DNA of 64,000 bases from Gekko japonicus (Eukaryota). The notes beneath the pieces were generated by a model that saw nothing but the letters and a program-made list of their open reading frames with translations, had not been told where the DNA came from and did not search any database. The position numbers and the translations under genes were made by a program. The DNA is taken from the NCBI RefSeq assembly GCF_001447785.1, contig NW_015163623.1, positions 616,843-680,842 of the forward strand. The letters run 5' to 3'. Below, piece after piece: positions 1 to 14,400 of this stretch (positions within the stretch are counted from its first letter, which is position 1; each line of letters begins with the position of its first letter).

Positions 1-233
1 CCACTGTTCCCTCAGTCACACTAGTCTCTTGTCAGCAATATGGAGACAATGATATTTGCGTAGTCTACACAGTTTATTGACATTACATAATGCAAGTGGT
101 CTGGAAACATGAAATGCACTACAAGAATGCTAAATACTGTCACCGTCTGTTGGTCATTTTGAATTCTCTAGTTTAAGCAATCATATTTAGTACACTACCA
201 ATGCATGTAAAAAAAACAGTCTGATAAACTTAC

Positions 234-359
234 TTCCCAGAGCTGGTTCCCTTCATGTGATCTGTATAAATGTAAATATCTGGCAGGAATTTATTCAGGA
301 TGCTCCTTGCAGAATCCACAATTCGATTTGCTATCTGGGGTGAAACTCTCACAGAATAG
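234..359 (-). CDS. RCL1: RCL1 coding exon 6
   Basis: [42 protein letters not shown]; donor GTAAGT. Confidence 0.96.
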
Positions 360-3300
360 CTAATTCATGAAGTTAAGGAATTTTTCATAAAAGGCCTTTA
401 AAATAAGAATTAGACCATAGCAGAAAAAGAGATTTCTGACACATTTCCTATTTTTTGACTTCCACTTATTAAACACAGAAGTATACCATTTATAGGCTGT
501 GGTTTGCAAGCGATACTTGCATCCTCATTTTGGATTCCAGAGGACAAAAGGGCACAAGGAATGTGGGGAGCCTACTGGTGGCTGCAGAGAGTTACAACGC
601 CATTCTAATGAGCCTCATACAGACTTTCCTTGGAAGCTCTGTTCACCCTTTGGGCCTAATCAACATTACAATAGCCATACCATCAATCCCTGGCACAAGG
701 AAGCACTGACTTATCTTTCAGAGGGTGCACAGAGCTTGTTTTAGCAATACAGCAATCTCTATCCTGCAACCTGAATTCAAAATATTATAGCACAACTATG
801 TGAAAAGGTGACTGCACTGTCGTTGTCTTCAGCAAGAAATGTGTGTTTGTTTCTTATCCATCTAATGGAAAGCTGAGGTGGGCAGAACTGAGTCACCCTC
901 TGCTTTGCAAAAGTAGCACAACTCAAATGCCGGTTTCCTGAAAGACAATATAAGGTAGGGAGAAGTTGGAAGTTTGCAGTTTAGGCTGCTATTCAATGGG
1001 AAAACATGTATACCAGCTGGAATAATTCTCATCCAGAGTATGTAGGGTAGAGAAGCAAGTGTACACCTTACCTCTCTCTCCCAAGCCTTTGACACCATAG
1101 CTATAACATTCCAAGGGGTATAGGTTCAGATTCCTGAGTTTTACCCAGAAGACTGACTGTGTCTTGTGAACGTATGCTTGTAAGATTTGTTCCCATTTGA
1201 ACATTGTATCTCTATGCTGACGGCAAACGGCGTGCCATCAGTGGAGCAGGCATGCCAAGTGGATAGGAGGGTAAAGTTCCCTTTTGCTTCCCCCCCCCCC
1301 CCCCCCCTGGATCCTCCTGTGTAAACCACCCCAGGGAAAACCAGGCTTGTAACCAGCAATTGCCTGGGGTGATTGAGAACTGCCTCCAGGCAACTAGCCA
1401 AGGAAGCTTGGTCATAAAGGGTTCTGATTTTTTCCCCCTTTTATGAATGGACAGATAGTCTAGTCAAAATGCTTATAGGCTTTTTCCTGAGGCTGGTAAA
1501 AGTCACCTAGAGAGACTTCATCTTAGCAGCACACATTTAAATGAATACTGTAGATGCAAATCTTTGGAACTCTTTGGTCAAATGTTATGACTACTCTTGT
1601 CATAATTCCACTGTATTCTTGCACTGCATAAGGTTTGTTGCACAAACAGAAGCACACCTACATACCCATAACACATATCTAATACACTTTTCAATAAGCA
1701 TCACAATACCAGCTTTCTCAGGAGACCACCCTTTTAAAGGATACGCCACGCCTCTGATACGCTTAATTTTGCCAGGGTCAGTAAACTGAACAGGCTTTAC
1801 TGCTTTCTTAACAGGACAAACAAACACCACTTCACCACCTCCTTTGGGCGGCATACCCCTCCTGGTAATCTGAAAATAATAAACCACAGTTTAAGTAAGC
1901 ATAAACATACAAAGAGCTTGCAGAGTTTGCTGGTCAGAACACAGAGGATAAAGGAAAATCTAGAACAATTTTCCTCAGGATTAATTATTGACTAACTGCC
2001 TTTGATTACAAGTGTGCTTCATGTTGCATAGAATATGCTATAGGATCATTATGGCCAGGCATGTCCATGTTCAAACACAGTGGGTTGGATTCAGACTAAA
2101 ATTTCCATCGGGGAGCAGAACTTTCCTGCCGCCACCCCCCACACACACACTTCAGCTCACTGATCTCCCTGTCCAGGGGACCTTGAGGAGTGATGTGAGG
2201 GGGGTCTGTACCAGGAAGGTGGAATAGCCAATTTAGTCTAGATACAACCCATATATTCTTATATTTGAGTGTGGACTAGCGTTTATGAATGTGTGCTAAT
2301 CCCCACAGCCGCCATTCAACACAGATTACATATACTGGCATGGCAGACTTCATAATGCCCACGGCCCTACTCATTACTGAGTGCCTGGGCATACAAGGGG
2401 ATTCATACCAACTGGAGTCCTTTCAGCACCTGTTTTAAAATTGTCACTGCTGTCTGGAGAAGAACAAAATAGGAGCAGCTATACAAAAAGCCTTAAGGCC
2501 CCTCCTAAAATAGGCAAGGAACAGAGACATGACTCAACTGACACTGAAGTATCTTTAGGATAATTAAACTGCAAGTACACAACAAGAGCTCTCTCCTAGT
2601 AGCCAGACACAGAGTGGGGCAGAGTGGGAGGGTTCCCCCCCCCACTCATACATTTGGATCTAGAGCAGACTTTTCCCAAGGAACAGGAGAACACAGCGAA
2701 TAATTCTCCAACATCTGGTTCTAATCTCAGTCACTCAGGACTTTCCTTCATTCTGGGCCATTCCCTTGACTTTGGACATAAAAATGCATTTTCTAAACAG
2801 CTGAATAACAACTATTGCTTGAGTTAGAGAAGCACAATAGCCCTATCTTTTGTGACACCCCCCTTAACTACTGTTTTTCTGTTCAAACACCCCACCACCC
2901 TGATCCAAAGCCTGTACCTCTCCAGTTCTACCTCCTGAAAATGTTTATTTGTTAACTTATTAGTCATGTTCAGAACGCACTATGGCATTTCTTTATTTAA
3001 TCTTTACCTCACCCCCCAAGTCACTAAAACTTATGCAGTCATAAAACAACGCAATCATTTAAAAAACCCTTTAAAAAGTAGTATGCCCAGCAGCAACAGA
3101 CAAGAAACAGGGTTTTTAAGAATTCACTTCTCCCTTCCCTCCTTCAGCTACCATAGTCTGAATGCAACATTTTTTAAAAGTTTGCATCCTCCTAATGTTA
3201 TTGAGCATTCCCTTGGACCTTATAAAATGAAACAGATTTGCCAGAGTGTCTGAATGAGAAGAACTAGGCATCCTGGTGTACTTACTTTCAATTCTAACTC

Positions 3301-5395
3301 TTCACCATCAATTCCAAATATTTTCAATAAGGGCAGTGCAGTTGCCTTAAGAACATCCACCTGAAAGATAGTTAACAAGACACACAACAATTGCACAGCA
3401 ATACATTAAAAGCTTATTTTAATTTGCATTTTGTCTCATAGTTAAATGAAACAAATATTCACAAAGTAATAGTGCAAGGTACATCAAGAAATGCTGATGA
3501 CATTAATTACTTACTGATTATATAACATAAAAGAGGGTAATGTGCTTTTCAAATGAAAACTTATATACTTAGAAAATATATATGTTGCTTCTCCTGAGGC
3601 TTGCTCAAGGCAGCTCACAATGTAAAACAATACAATAAAAATAATAAAAACAGTATAAAAATATCAACAACAAACAGGCATAAACTAAAAGCACTTGTCA
3701 CTAAAAGCAAGCCAGGGCACAAAACCAACAGCCTATAAAGGATATCAATAAAACACTCCTTAGACACAAACACAAACAAAACAACAATTTAAAATGATGC
3801 AATTGCTTAATTAAGAGTTTGGGTTAAAAAGATGTTTTAACCTGGAACTTAAATGAAAGTAATAGAGGCACCAAGCAAGCCTCACAGGGGAAGGCATTTG
3901 AAAGGGGAGGTGCCACCACTGAAAAAGCCCATTCTCTGGTCACCACTTCTTTACTTCTAAGGTTGGGGCACAGAGAACAGGACTTGAGAACAGGATCTTA
4001 ACTGGTGGGGTGGATAGTACAGGACGAGGTGGTCCTCCTTAGAATCTAAGAAAGCTTAAGATTCTCAGGCAGCTGATTCTGTACAAGCTCAACAGGCTTC
4101 TTCTATAAAGAACTCAGCTCATGAATAAACGATAAAATAGAGTAGTTCCAAGACAACTGCATACAATTACACACACACACCCTTGGCTTTGTTATTCTTA
4201 AAAAATGCTCTGACTCTTTAACCACTATACCAGGCTAGGTGTCATCTTAGTAAGATGTTTGTGAAATATTTTCCAAAGCTGGTTTGCTTGTGTGTGTGTG
4301 TGCGCGTACGTGTAGCTACAACATGCTTGCACATATACGTTCTGTAGGTGAATAATGGGGCATCTTGTGTCAGTTCAAACACTGTCCTTCCTCATTTGTT
4401 TTCCCCTTTTGCCATCGCAGCTCCATTCACTGAGCCACGTCCCTTTCTTCAGACATACCTTAACCGCGTCTGACACAGACAGTCCTAACCTACTGACCAA
4501 GAGGAACACTGGAGCCAGCAGAATGGCAGCTTTTAACAAACAGAAACGTCAGTAGGGAAACACTTCAGTTTTTAAAAAGGCGGTTACAAGCACTGTTGAA
4601 GTAAAACAGAGGGCTTATTTTTAATTGCTATCCACTGGAGAGCTTGTTTTCATGCTGGCATGTGGCTGACAGGCATTTCAGCTGCAGTTCCCAGAATCTG
4701 TGGTTTAGAAAATAAGTGCCTCAAATGCAGCCACCTCAGGGGTTTTTTAAAAAATAATATCTTAAGGGTTGTTTTTTTTTTTTAATCAATGTCTGTTCCA
4801 GCAGGTCAGGATAATCCATTTATTTGCTGGAAATGTTAACAAGCTCTTAGGCACTGCTGCCACCCTCTTTAACTAGGAGTGCTTGCGTTACTGCAACAAC
4901 AAACACACCAACCCACACTTTAATTTGACAGTACTTCTGGGACAAAACTAAACAGATCTAGGCGGGGTGGGGGGAACTTCTCTTCAGGCTATACCTTTTT
5001 CATTTCATTTTGTCAATTATAAGCTCCCCAGGGAGAGTGCTGGATCCCCTTCCCCAGGGTTTTTTTTTTAAAAAAAGACTGGACAGGCATTTGAGATGGC
5101 ATTTCTCATGCATTCTATACATGCTGTTTTAGTGACATTTTGTAGCAAGCAGAAGATAAAAGCTTATTTACATGAAGAACTGTTCTTCTTGGATCCACAT
5201 ACAACACTGTAGCTGGAGACTAACGTGGGGATAACATCTAAGAGCAACTTTCTTAACCCTGCCTGAAAAATTCCATGTCCACACATGGACATAAGTGGGT
5301 TAGCCAGGTTGACTTGGTACTATGTGTGTGGGTGTGTACACCCACCATCTGCATACATAATTCACCTAGCTGACTTAGAGGGAGACTGTGTGTCT

Positions 5396-5454
<59 letters not shown>

Positions 5455-8400
5455 AAGCTGGTCTCTATCCACATTCATAAACTGAGTGAAAAGGATGCAA
5501 CTGAAATGATCTAGAGCAGAAATACATTTGTTTCTGTTTAGTTCTTTCCCTTCATTCCACTTTTCACTGTCTTAAAAAAAAAAAAGTCCTGTCAGGTCAA
5601 GAGCCAAGACAAAAGGAGCTCAACCAAAAACACTAAAATGTAAGAGGGGAGGAAACACAGACTGCATTCTGATGGCCCAAGGGCTGGAATGTATCTTAAA
5701 TGCTGGAAACCCTTTAGATGCTGGCAGACCTTGGGCTGCATTTTCTGACCATTCTGTTTAGTAAAGCTATGAGTTGATAAACCACAACGCATCACTAGCC
5801 TCTTCCCAATAATCAAGTCTCAAGTCCTTGCACTGTGGAAAAAGAATCTTGATGGATGGGAATTGTGCTTATATTTACAAAGATCAAAACAATCCCACAA
5901 ATGGCTTGGATTCAGTCTACATCCATAATGATGTAAGATTTGCAAGTCTAATTTCCCCCCCTGTTTCTTGATAGGAGTTCACAAGTCGGCCTTTGTACGG
6001 AACTGCAGGTGCTACCATAGAATATGATATCCTGTCCCTTGGTACTCGTAACTGCAGACACTTCTCCACACGCAAACAGGATTAGTACAACAATACTGAC
6101 TTTTCAGACAAAAAGGAAGGATCCTCACTTATGGAAACCAAGTAGGGGAGGGAGAAATTCCATGTTGTCTCCTAGGCCCAAGGCAAGAGAGACTCCCATC
6201 ATGCATTTTACCTCCCAGTCCCCTTTGATTTTGCTGCCGCCATCACCACTTGCTGCTCCCACCTTTTTCCTCCCTGCCTCACTCCTCTCCTTCTTTTCCC
6301 CTCACTGGTCTTACCCTTTCCCCCTTTTTGTTGCATTCTTGGCACTTTGCCTTGGGACAGGGGGAGTGGAGGAAGAGGTTGCTGAAGCTTTGCTACTTAC
6401 CGAAGGATCTACTTGATCATTTGTCACACCTCTGAGGACAATTCTTAAAGACTGTTTCATGAATGGTGCCAAGCAGAGAAGACTTTCCAAGTAATAACCA
6501 ATACTTCGGCTGGGACTACAGTCATGCTCTAGTGACCCACCACAGAGCAGGCCAGGCTGGTAATATAAAGTAGTACCTTTTAAGGAGAAAAGGGGAAATT
6601 GCCAGCATTAGTTTTTGGTCAAGCCAGTTGTTCTCCTTTGCCCAGCACTGGATTGTCCACAATGTGCCAAGGATTCCTACATGAGAACATACAGCAGTTC
6701 TGTGTGCACAGTCAAAGCCAATGCAAAGTCCAGTGTAGGGTAGGTTGCAGGTATTTTTGCCAGCGAAGACAAGAACATGTTTTAACTGCACATCCACTTT
6801 GCCACATCCTGAGCAATGAAAAGCAAATTGTATGCAGTAGGATAGCATTTAAGTGTGCGCCAAAGCAGAGTAACACCTTCCTAAGTTCACTGAAATTGAG
6901 GGGCTTAAAAGGATGTAGCCCTTCTTAGGACTGCACTGCAAAACACACATTTATAGCAACCTGGAAGGAAGGGAGCTCACATCCTATTGCCAGCAGTCAA
7001 AGGACTGAGACTAGATGAAAGCCGCTGAGAACCACCACAAGGGTCTAATAAAAACTGGGGTTTGGAATCCACTCCACAGCATTATTATGCTAGATGTTCC
7101 AACCGCAGTTTAACCATACCTAATTGTTGTATGGAAGCCACCTTGAAGATTCTTCTAGACTGAAAACTGAGGTATCATTCAAACCAAATTCAATATCTCT
7201 TTGTCTCCTAGTGTTGTGACATCATATCAAATATTCACTAAGACCTGTTTGCCCTACAAGTGCTTTATTTCAATGATAAAACATTGTGACTCCCCCAGGT
7301 TGTACTAATCCCCATGCATGAAGTAGGCCACACATTAGATTTGATCTTTTGTGCAGGGCTTGATCTGAATAGCACAATTGTTTGTGAACTGGTGCCATGG
7401 TCAGACCACTTCCTCGTAAGGGTTGGTTTGGGGGTGGCCATTCCACCCTGCAGGGGCAATGAGCATATTTATGCTTGCTAATGGATCCTGATGGTTTCCA
7501 AAATACTGTCCGGGATTTATCTGATCTGGACCTGCTGACAGTTCCCGCAGTGAGCTGAGATTTGGAATACAGGTCTTCAGAAAGCTATCGATCAGATTGC
7601 TCCCTGACTCCTCCTGCACCCTCTGTCTCTGTGGCTCCTTGGTATAATGAGAGCCCAAGCGATTTTAAGAGGTTGCTCAAATGGCTAGAGTGGAACTGGT
7701 GACAAACTCAGGATGAAGCTGTGAGAACACAATATAGAGCGCAACTGAAGGCCTATGTGGTGGCGGTGAAAGTGGCAAAAAGATTATTTTGCCACCTCCA
7801 TTGTGTCCACTAGCTCACAACCAGCTCATTTGTTCAGATTGGTTCAACAACGGTCCTAAAACTGAAACTGATTTGGCTCTCAGCTGTGATTCATTTGCAA
7901 ACTTTCTGTAAGCTCTGCCTGGAGTTGGTTTCTGAATTTGATAACAGTAGTGGGATAGGGGCTCTGTTTGTAGCATCTGGTTCTTTTTTGGACTCTTTTG
8001 GCCTGCTCACCCTTGCAGATGTTGACGGGATCCTGACAGCTGTGAAACCAACTATCTGTTCCTTGGATCCTTGTCCCTTGTAGCTGGTAATATCATGCCA
8101 TGAAGTGGTAAGTGGTCCTTTGAGACATTATTAATTTGTCTCTTTCACAGGGCTGTTTCCCCAGCTCCCTTAAGGAGGCAACTGTTAGACCTTTGCTAAA
8201 GAAATTCTCCTTAGATAAAAAGGAGCTGGCCAATTAACACCCAGGGTCTAATCTACCTTTTCTGGCCGACCCTGTTGATCCTTCTGGATCTATCAGCGGC
8301 CTTCGATATCGTTGGCCATTTGGTCCTTGCTTCCTTGGGGGTAAGAGGCACTGCCCTTAGTTGGTTCTCCTCATTCCTTCAGGGGCACTTTCAGAGGAGC

Positions 8401-11400
8401 TATTGGGTAGGAGAGGCCTTCCTGACCTGAATTGGGGTCCCACAAGATTCGATCCTTTCTACAGAAGCCCATGCCAGCCTTCTCAGACACATGAACAAAA
8501 CAGACATGGAGGAAAAAACTTCTTTCCATCAAAGTAAGGCAGATTTTAAAATTCAGATTTATTTTGAAAGATAGTAACGGCCCTTGTTGGAGAGCAAATT
8601 CAAACAGCAAAGCTTAGCTCCTAAAAACAATTTGCTTCAATAATGATCATATGTGAGAGAAAAGTAGTCCTTAGGCAGAAAGCAGATTACGACAATTTTG
8701 TAATGCAGTCCGGGGTTGTTATCCCTGCATCACATGGAGGTTTATAAACCACCTAGTCTTCACATTTCTGGTGGCTGAAGTTGACAGTCACTACCAGCCA
8801 ATCTGTAATACCAGACATTAGCTTGATCTTTATTGCAGAAATTTGCTTCAACCACCCACTATTAGGGCTGCTCAGTACTGTTTTAAAATGCTACAATAGA
8901 AGTTACAGTTTGACTTTCCTGCTAGTGACTGTTTATGGTAGCTGAAGACATTTGAGAAACCCAAAGCACACATCAAGAAGCATGTTTACCAGTATGTAGG
9001 CACCCAGTGTCCTCAGCATTCTAACACAACACATGAACAACAACAAATTGATCTCATGAGACAAAATCCCCACTTCCAAATGAACAACTTTCTTCAATGA
9101 TCAGAACTGGTGGAGGGAAGGGTTACTTGTTACAACACACTTTTTACTTTACAAAAATCACTTTCAAGCAAACTGGGGTGAGTCAAAACACACAGTCCTG
9201 TATCCTATACATCTGAGCAAAGTTTGAAACCTTCCTCCAATGTAAGTGGTTTTTCCACTTGCTCCTTAGGCTACAGGAACACTTGTAGCTGAGTTTTGCA
9301 TCGATGTTTGGTAGAACCAAAATGCCATAGCTTCTACTGAACACTAGTGAAAGAAGAAGACGGGTAGCCGTGTTAGTCTGTCTGTAGCAGTAGAAAAGAG
9401 CAAGAGTCCATTAGCACCTTAAAGACTAACAAAATATGTGACAGCAGTATGAGCTTTTGTGAGTCACTGCTCACTTCAGATATCTGAAGTGAGCAGTGAC
9501 TCACAAAAGCTCATACTGCTGTCACATATTTTGTTAGTCTTTAAGGTGCTAATGGACTCTTGCTCTTTTCTACTACTGCTGAAAGACTATATAAAAGAAC
9601 AGGAAATGATTGTAGATACTATTCTGCTCCACTGCCAGTTTCTTTAATTTACTTCAACAGGTGAAGGATGGCATCTTCATATCTAACAAAAGATGGTGCT
9701 AGAACAAAGCTTGAGTCCAGTGGCACCTTTAGGACCAACAAAACTTAATTCTGAATATAAGCTTTCATGTGTTTAAACTTTCTTGGTCTTAAAAATGCCA
9801 CTGGACTCAAACGTCGTTCTGTTGCTTCAGACCAACATGGCCACCCACCTAGATCTACAGATGGTGCTAAAATTCGCAACTAGCCTGTTCAACACACAAA
9901 ATGGTTGAGCTCTCAACACTCAATTTCCTGAAGTTCCTCTCTGACTCAGAATGCTGCTTTATCAGTGTATGTACAAAATTCTTTAATATTACTCGATTCA
10001 TTTCAGTAGAACTAACTTGTCAACCTGACTACTTTTAACTTATGAATTTCTCCTCTGCCTGAGTCAATTAATTATGCTGATTATTTCTGATGAATGTTCT
10101 AGGTGGTTGGCAGTTCCCACCCAAATCTCAGGCTCTTCACTATGTTTGGATGGGGGTTGATCTTCTGGGCAGCTACTGCCACGGTTCTTGCTATGGAATG
10201 GATACATGGTAAGTGAATCTAAATCACAGTTCCCAGAATGCAATACACCATTAGCACACAGATGCCAACATTAGTAGCTGGGAAAGAAAGAAAACAAATG
10301 AGGTTCTTCTGAATGTTCTCTGGAGAAGTTTGTAAATATCTAGCTGATTTCGACTCCCAGCCAAAGTTACTTGGCCTGTCACTCTATTTGTTCTTCTTTT
10401 GTGAATCCTAACTACATTTTTGCCCTGACCTGGATGGCCCTGGCTAGCCAATCTCATCAGATCTTGATAGCTAAGCAGGGTCTGCCCTGGTTAGTATTTG
10501 GATGGGAGACCACCAAGGAAGTCTAGGGTTGCTAGGCAGAGGCAGGCAATGGCAAACCACCTCTGAATGTCTCTTCCCTTGAAAACCCTAGAGGGTCACC
10601 AAAAGTGGGCTCTGGCTTGACAGCACTTTTCACCACCAACTGCACCTTTTCCCTACTGTGTTGGTATTCTCTCTCACTCACAATGTGACAAAACTGAGAA
10701 AGGGAATATAAGTTCATATACAAATCAGCAGAGGAACACAGATACTTGTCCCTGACACTGGGCACATCTGAATAATTTCAGCCAGTGGATCTTTACCATA
10801 TTACAGATGAAGCACTGGGTAAAAATATGCACATGTTTTATAGCAGACAGGACAATAAAGACATAATTTACCTGTTTGGTTTATTTCAATCCGAGAGCCA
10901 TTGGTTATTTTGTCAATCAATCGTATAAAGTTCGCTTCAAAATCTGTCAAAGAAACATAAAGCATATTAGATTCTTGATATTTAGTGTTTATTCCAAGAA
11001 CCACAGCAACCTTTTATAAAAAGAAACTTCACATAGAGCTGTCCTAAAAACACACGCTGTCCTAAAAGGGTTTTCCTTGGAGAACCTGAAACTTGTAGCC
11101 ATGTGATTAAAGCTGATGAGCAAGTAAGATTTATCCACACATTATAACTGCCAGAACCAGAGGAAGACTGAATCCTTCATTTCTCACCCCCAAGCTCCAT
11201 TGAATACAGTAGGGCTTTTTTCCAAGTAAACATGCATGGGATTGAGTTGCAAGTCATTTGTTCAGAAGATGAGTATATTATTGTTCCAAAGCAATGTCCT
11301 GTGCAATAGATCAAATCTGTCCTTGTACAGAACATCATTAAAAGTTTATAACTGACAGAACCAGAGGAAGACTGTATCCTTCATTCCTCACCCCCAAGCC

Positions 11401-14400
11401 CTTTTTGCTGCAATTCTAGGTACCCGTGCACACACTTTGGTATAAGCTCCATTGAATACAGTAGGGCTTTTTTCCAAGTAAACATGCATGGGATTGAGTT
11501 GCAAGTCATTTGTTCAGAAGATGAGTATATTATTGTTCCAAAGCAATGTCCTGTGCAATAGATCAAATCTGTCCTTGTACAGAACATCATTAAAAGATAA
11601 TTAAAAATTCCCAAATCATCATTTTATGAGGAGGATATTTCTATCACCAGGGTCATAATTTGGTATACGCACAAGATAGTAAGCCTCCACCCAATAACCA
11701 TGATCAGTGATGCGCAACACTACAAAGGAATGAGTGCTGATGAGCTGCAAAAAGAGAGCGTATATAATTGTTGGACTGGAACTTCTGCTTACACTATGGA
11801 ACAAAAGTATCCCACTTCTTTAGCCCAAGCCCTCCCCTCCATCTGTCTCATTCAGCTGCCCCTCATATACACCAAGGCTTGCTACCACAAAAATAAAACA
11901 TCCCAGGTTTCCCTAGACATCAGAGGAGGCACAGTAGAGAAGATGAATGCCTGCTGAATGGCTTAGCCAGTGTGTAGTGAGAGCCAGTGGGGTTAAAGCA
12001 TCTGACTAGGATCAGAGAGACCCAGGGCTGAATCCACACTCTGCCACAGAAGCCTGGTGTGTGACCTTGGGCCAGTCACATACCCTCAGCTTAAATTACC
12101 ACACAGGGTTGTTGTGAGGATAAAGTGGAGGAGAGACGGATGTAAACCACTCTGGATCCCCACTGGAGAAAAAGGAGGGGTACAAATGAAATAAATAAAT
12201 AAACGTGTCTCACGGTTCTTTTTTAATACTTGTATGCAGAAAACCTGGTGCAAATAAGGGCAGTACTTACTATCTTCCACTGGCATACTTTCGGATACAT
12301 TTAATCACATTTTGCTTTGTAGGCTGACCGGGCAAAGTACTATAAGCACCCTATAGTGATTTTAAATATTTGTATCCTTGGTCTATTAATAGAAACAAAG
12401 TTCCCAACAAATAACATTGCTTTGATGAGTAGCAAAAGTGCAGGCCTGCAATGCAATTCTAGGCAGAGTTACACCCTTCTATACTCATCGATTTAAATGG
12501 ACTTTGAAGGGTGTAACTTTGGTTTGGATTACACTACCCGTCCTTATCTCAGTTCTCAGATGTCTTCATGAGGTCTTGCTGCCCCATCCTGAAGACCTCA
12601 GGAATGTGCTTTGCCCAGGCCATTCTACAATCCTGGGGCCACCAACAAAAAAGTTCCCAATAAAAGAGAAAAGATTTCTCAGCTGTTTTCCCTCAGCTTG
12701 CACAATAAGCTGCACTGGCTCAAATTGCATGTTCTATATTGCTTTTTAAAACACACATAAACCCTATCTTTCTTTGCTCCAGCTCACCGATTAGCTCCAC
12801 TCTTCAAATGGCAGTCTCCTAAACAGCAATGTGGCACAAAATCAGAAAATGTATCCAGAAAAAGGCATATTTAGAAAGCACAGGGACTCTGCAGCATGTG
12901 GATAGTCCAATATGGAGCAGATTACTCCCAGCTAAACTAGCAACTGAATGGAAGGTCAGAAGGTGTTGATCCAGCATCATAACTTTGCAAATCAGTTGCT
13001 GGACTACCAGTCAATGTAAGAGAAGCAGTCCATGTGCAGTATGCTTTGCATGAAAGGAATGCAGAATAGGTATTAGTAGAAATAACCTAATAACTCTTTC
13101 CTGACCCCTCCCCCAGGGGGAGGGCTGTGCACAGGAATCAGAATGAGGGACTGCAGCTGGCATCAGAGATTGGACCTGAAGCAATACATCCTTTCTGTAA
13201 CCCAAATCCCCTTTGTATATATTCCTACATTCTTAGAGACCATTGAAGCATGTGAAGTTTCTCCTAAAATTCAGAAAGGCTGTGACTCAAGTGGTCAAGC
13301 ACATGCTTTGGACACCCAAGGCCCCAAATTTAATCCTTACACTTTCACTTACATGTGCTGGCCAAGTCCTTTCTCTGCCCAAGACCCTGGAGAGCTGCCA
13401 CCAGTCACAAAAGACAGCACTGATGGATCAATGGATCGATTCCATGTAAAGCTCTTCATAGATATGTACAGGTATATGAAGTCCAAACTAGTATTAGTTA
13501 ACCAGCAACACTGCCAATTAATATACATTTACAAAGTTGATACCTCAGCTTTTCTCCAAGTACAGCTATAGCCTTCTAAGTCAAGTGAAGTCCATGGGCT
13601 CAAAAGGGCATAATTCTGTTTAGGATTGCACTCTCAAGCAGAGACTGTCAAGAACTTGACTTTGAGGTAGATAGAAATGTTACCGGTATAGCTTCTACAA
13701 TTCAAGTGCTGTAGTGCCTAGAAAAGATGCATTTGTCAAACATCTCTCTACCACAGAGCTCTGAGGCATAGAACCGCCTTTTACAGCCAGCCACTGGTTA
13801 TGACAAAGCACTCTGCATTAGTGAGCAGGGCTTGAAGCTCAGCCAGCTAAGTGCATGTGGAAGCAGCTAATAATTCTGTCCTGAGGAGGAAACACATCAG
13901 ACAGTCGGAAGGATGCTCAGTGCAAAGGAACTCTCCAGCAGATACGGCAACATAAGAAGTTGACTGTGTAGTTAATATCCTGAAGAACACTTCAGATTAG
14001 AACAAGACTAATAAAGCCTTAGGATCAAGGTGCTGAGCATTACATTAAACAAAAACACTGGGGAACCACTGTAATATGTTACTAAAGGTTGCCATGCTAT
14101 GTAATACCATACCTGGGAGGTAGTGCCACTAAATTAAGTAGCTCTTACTCCCAAGTAAACACATATAGTACTGGGCTGTAAAACATAAATAATCAGCATG
14201 CCTTTTGGTTTGAAAGAACCTCATTAAATTCTATGGGGTGACTTTATACATGACAACACCCTGAGATTAAAAGATTACCTTTCACCGTTCTTTTATATAT
14301 CTTGTCTGTTTTGTTCACAATTCGCATCTTTCCTTGAGTAACAAATCCAGTCCCCCATCTCTGAAAAGGCTGTCTAAAAAGCACCAGCTGACAGGGTTGC

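Noticed and set aside
10420-10540. 5S rRNA genes (also at 29770-29863 and 52420-52511)
   Set aside because: Diverged, fused to SINE bodies and tails, and flanked by TSDs, so these are SINE heads.
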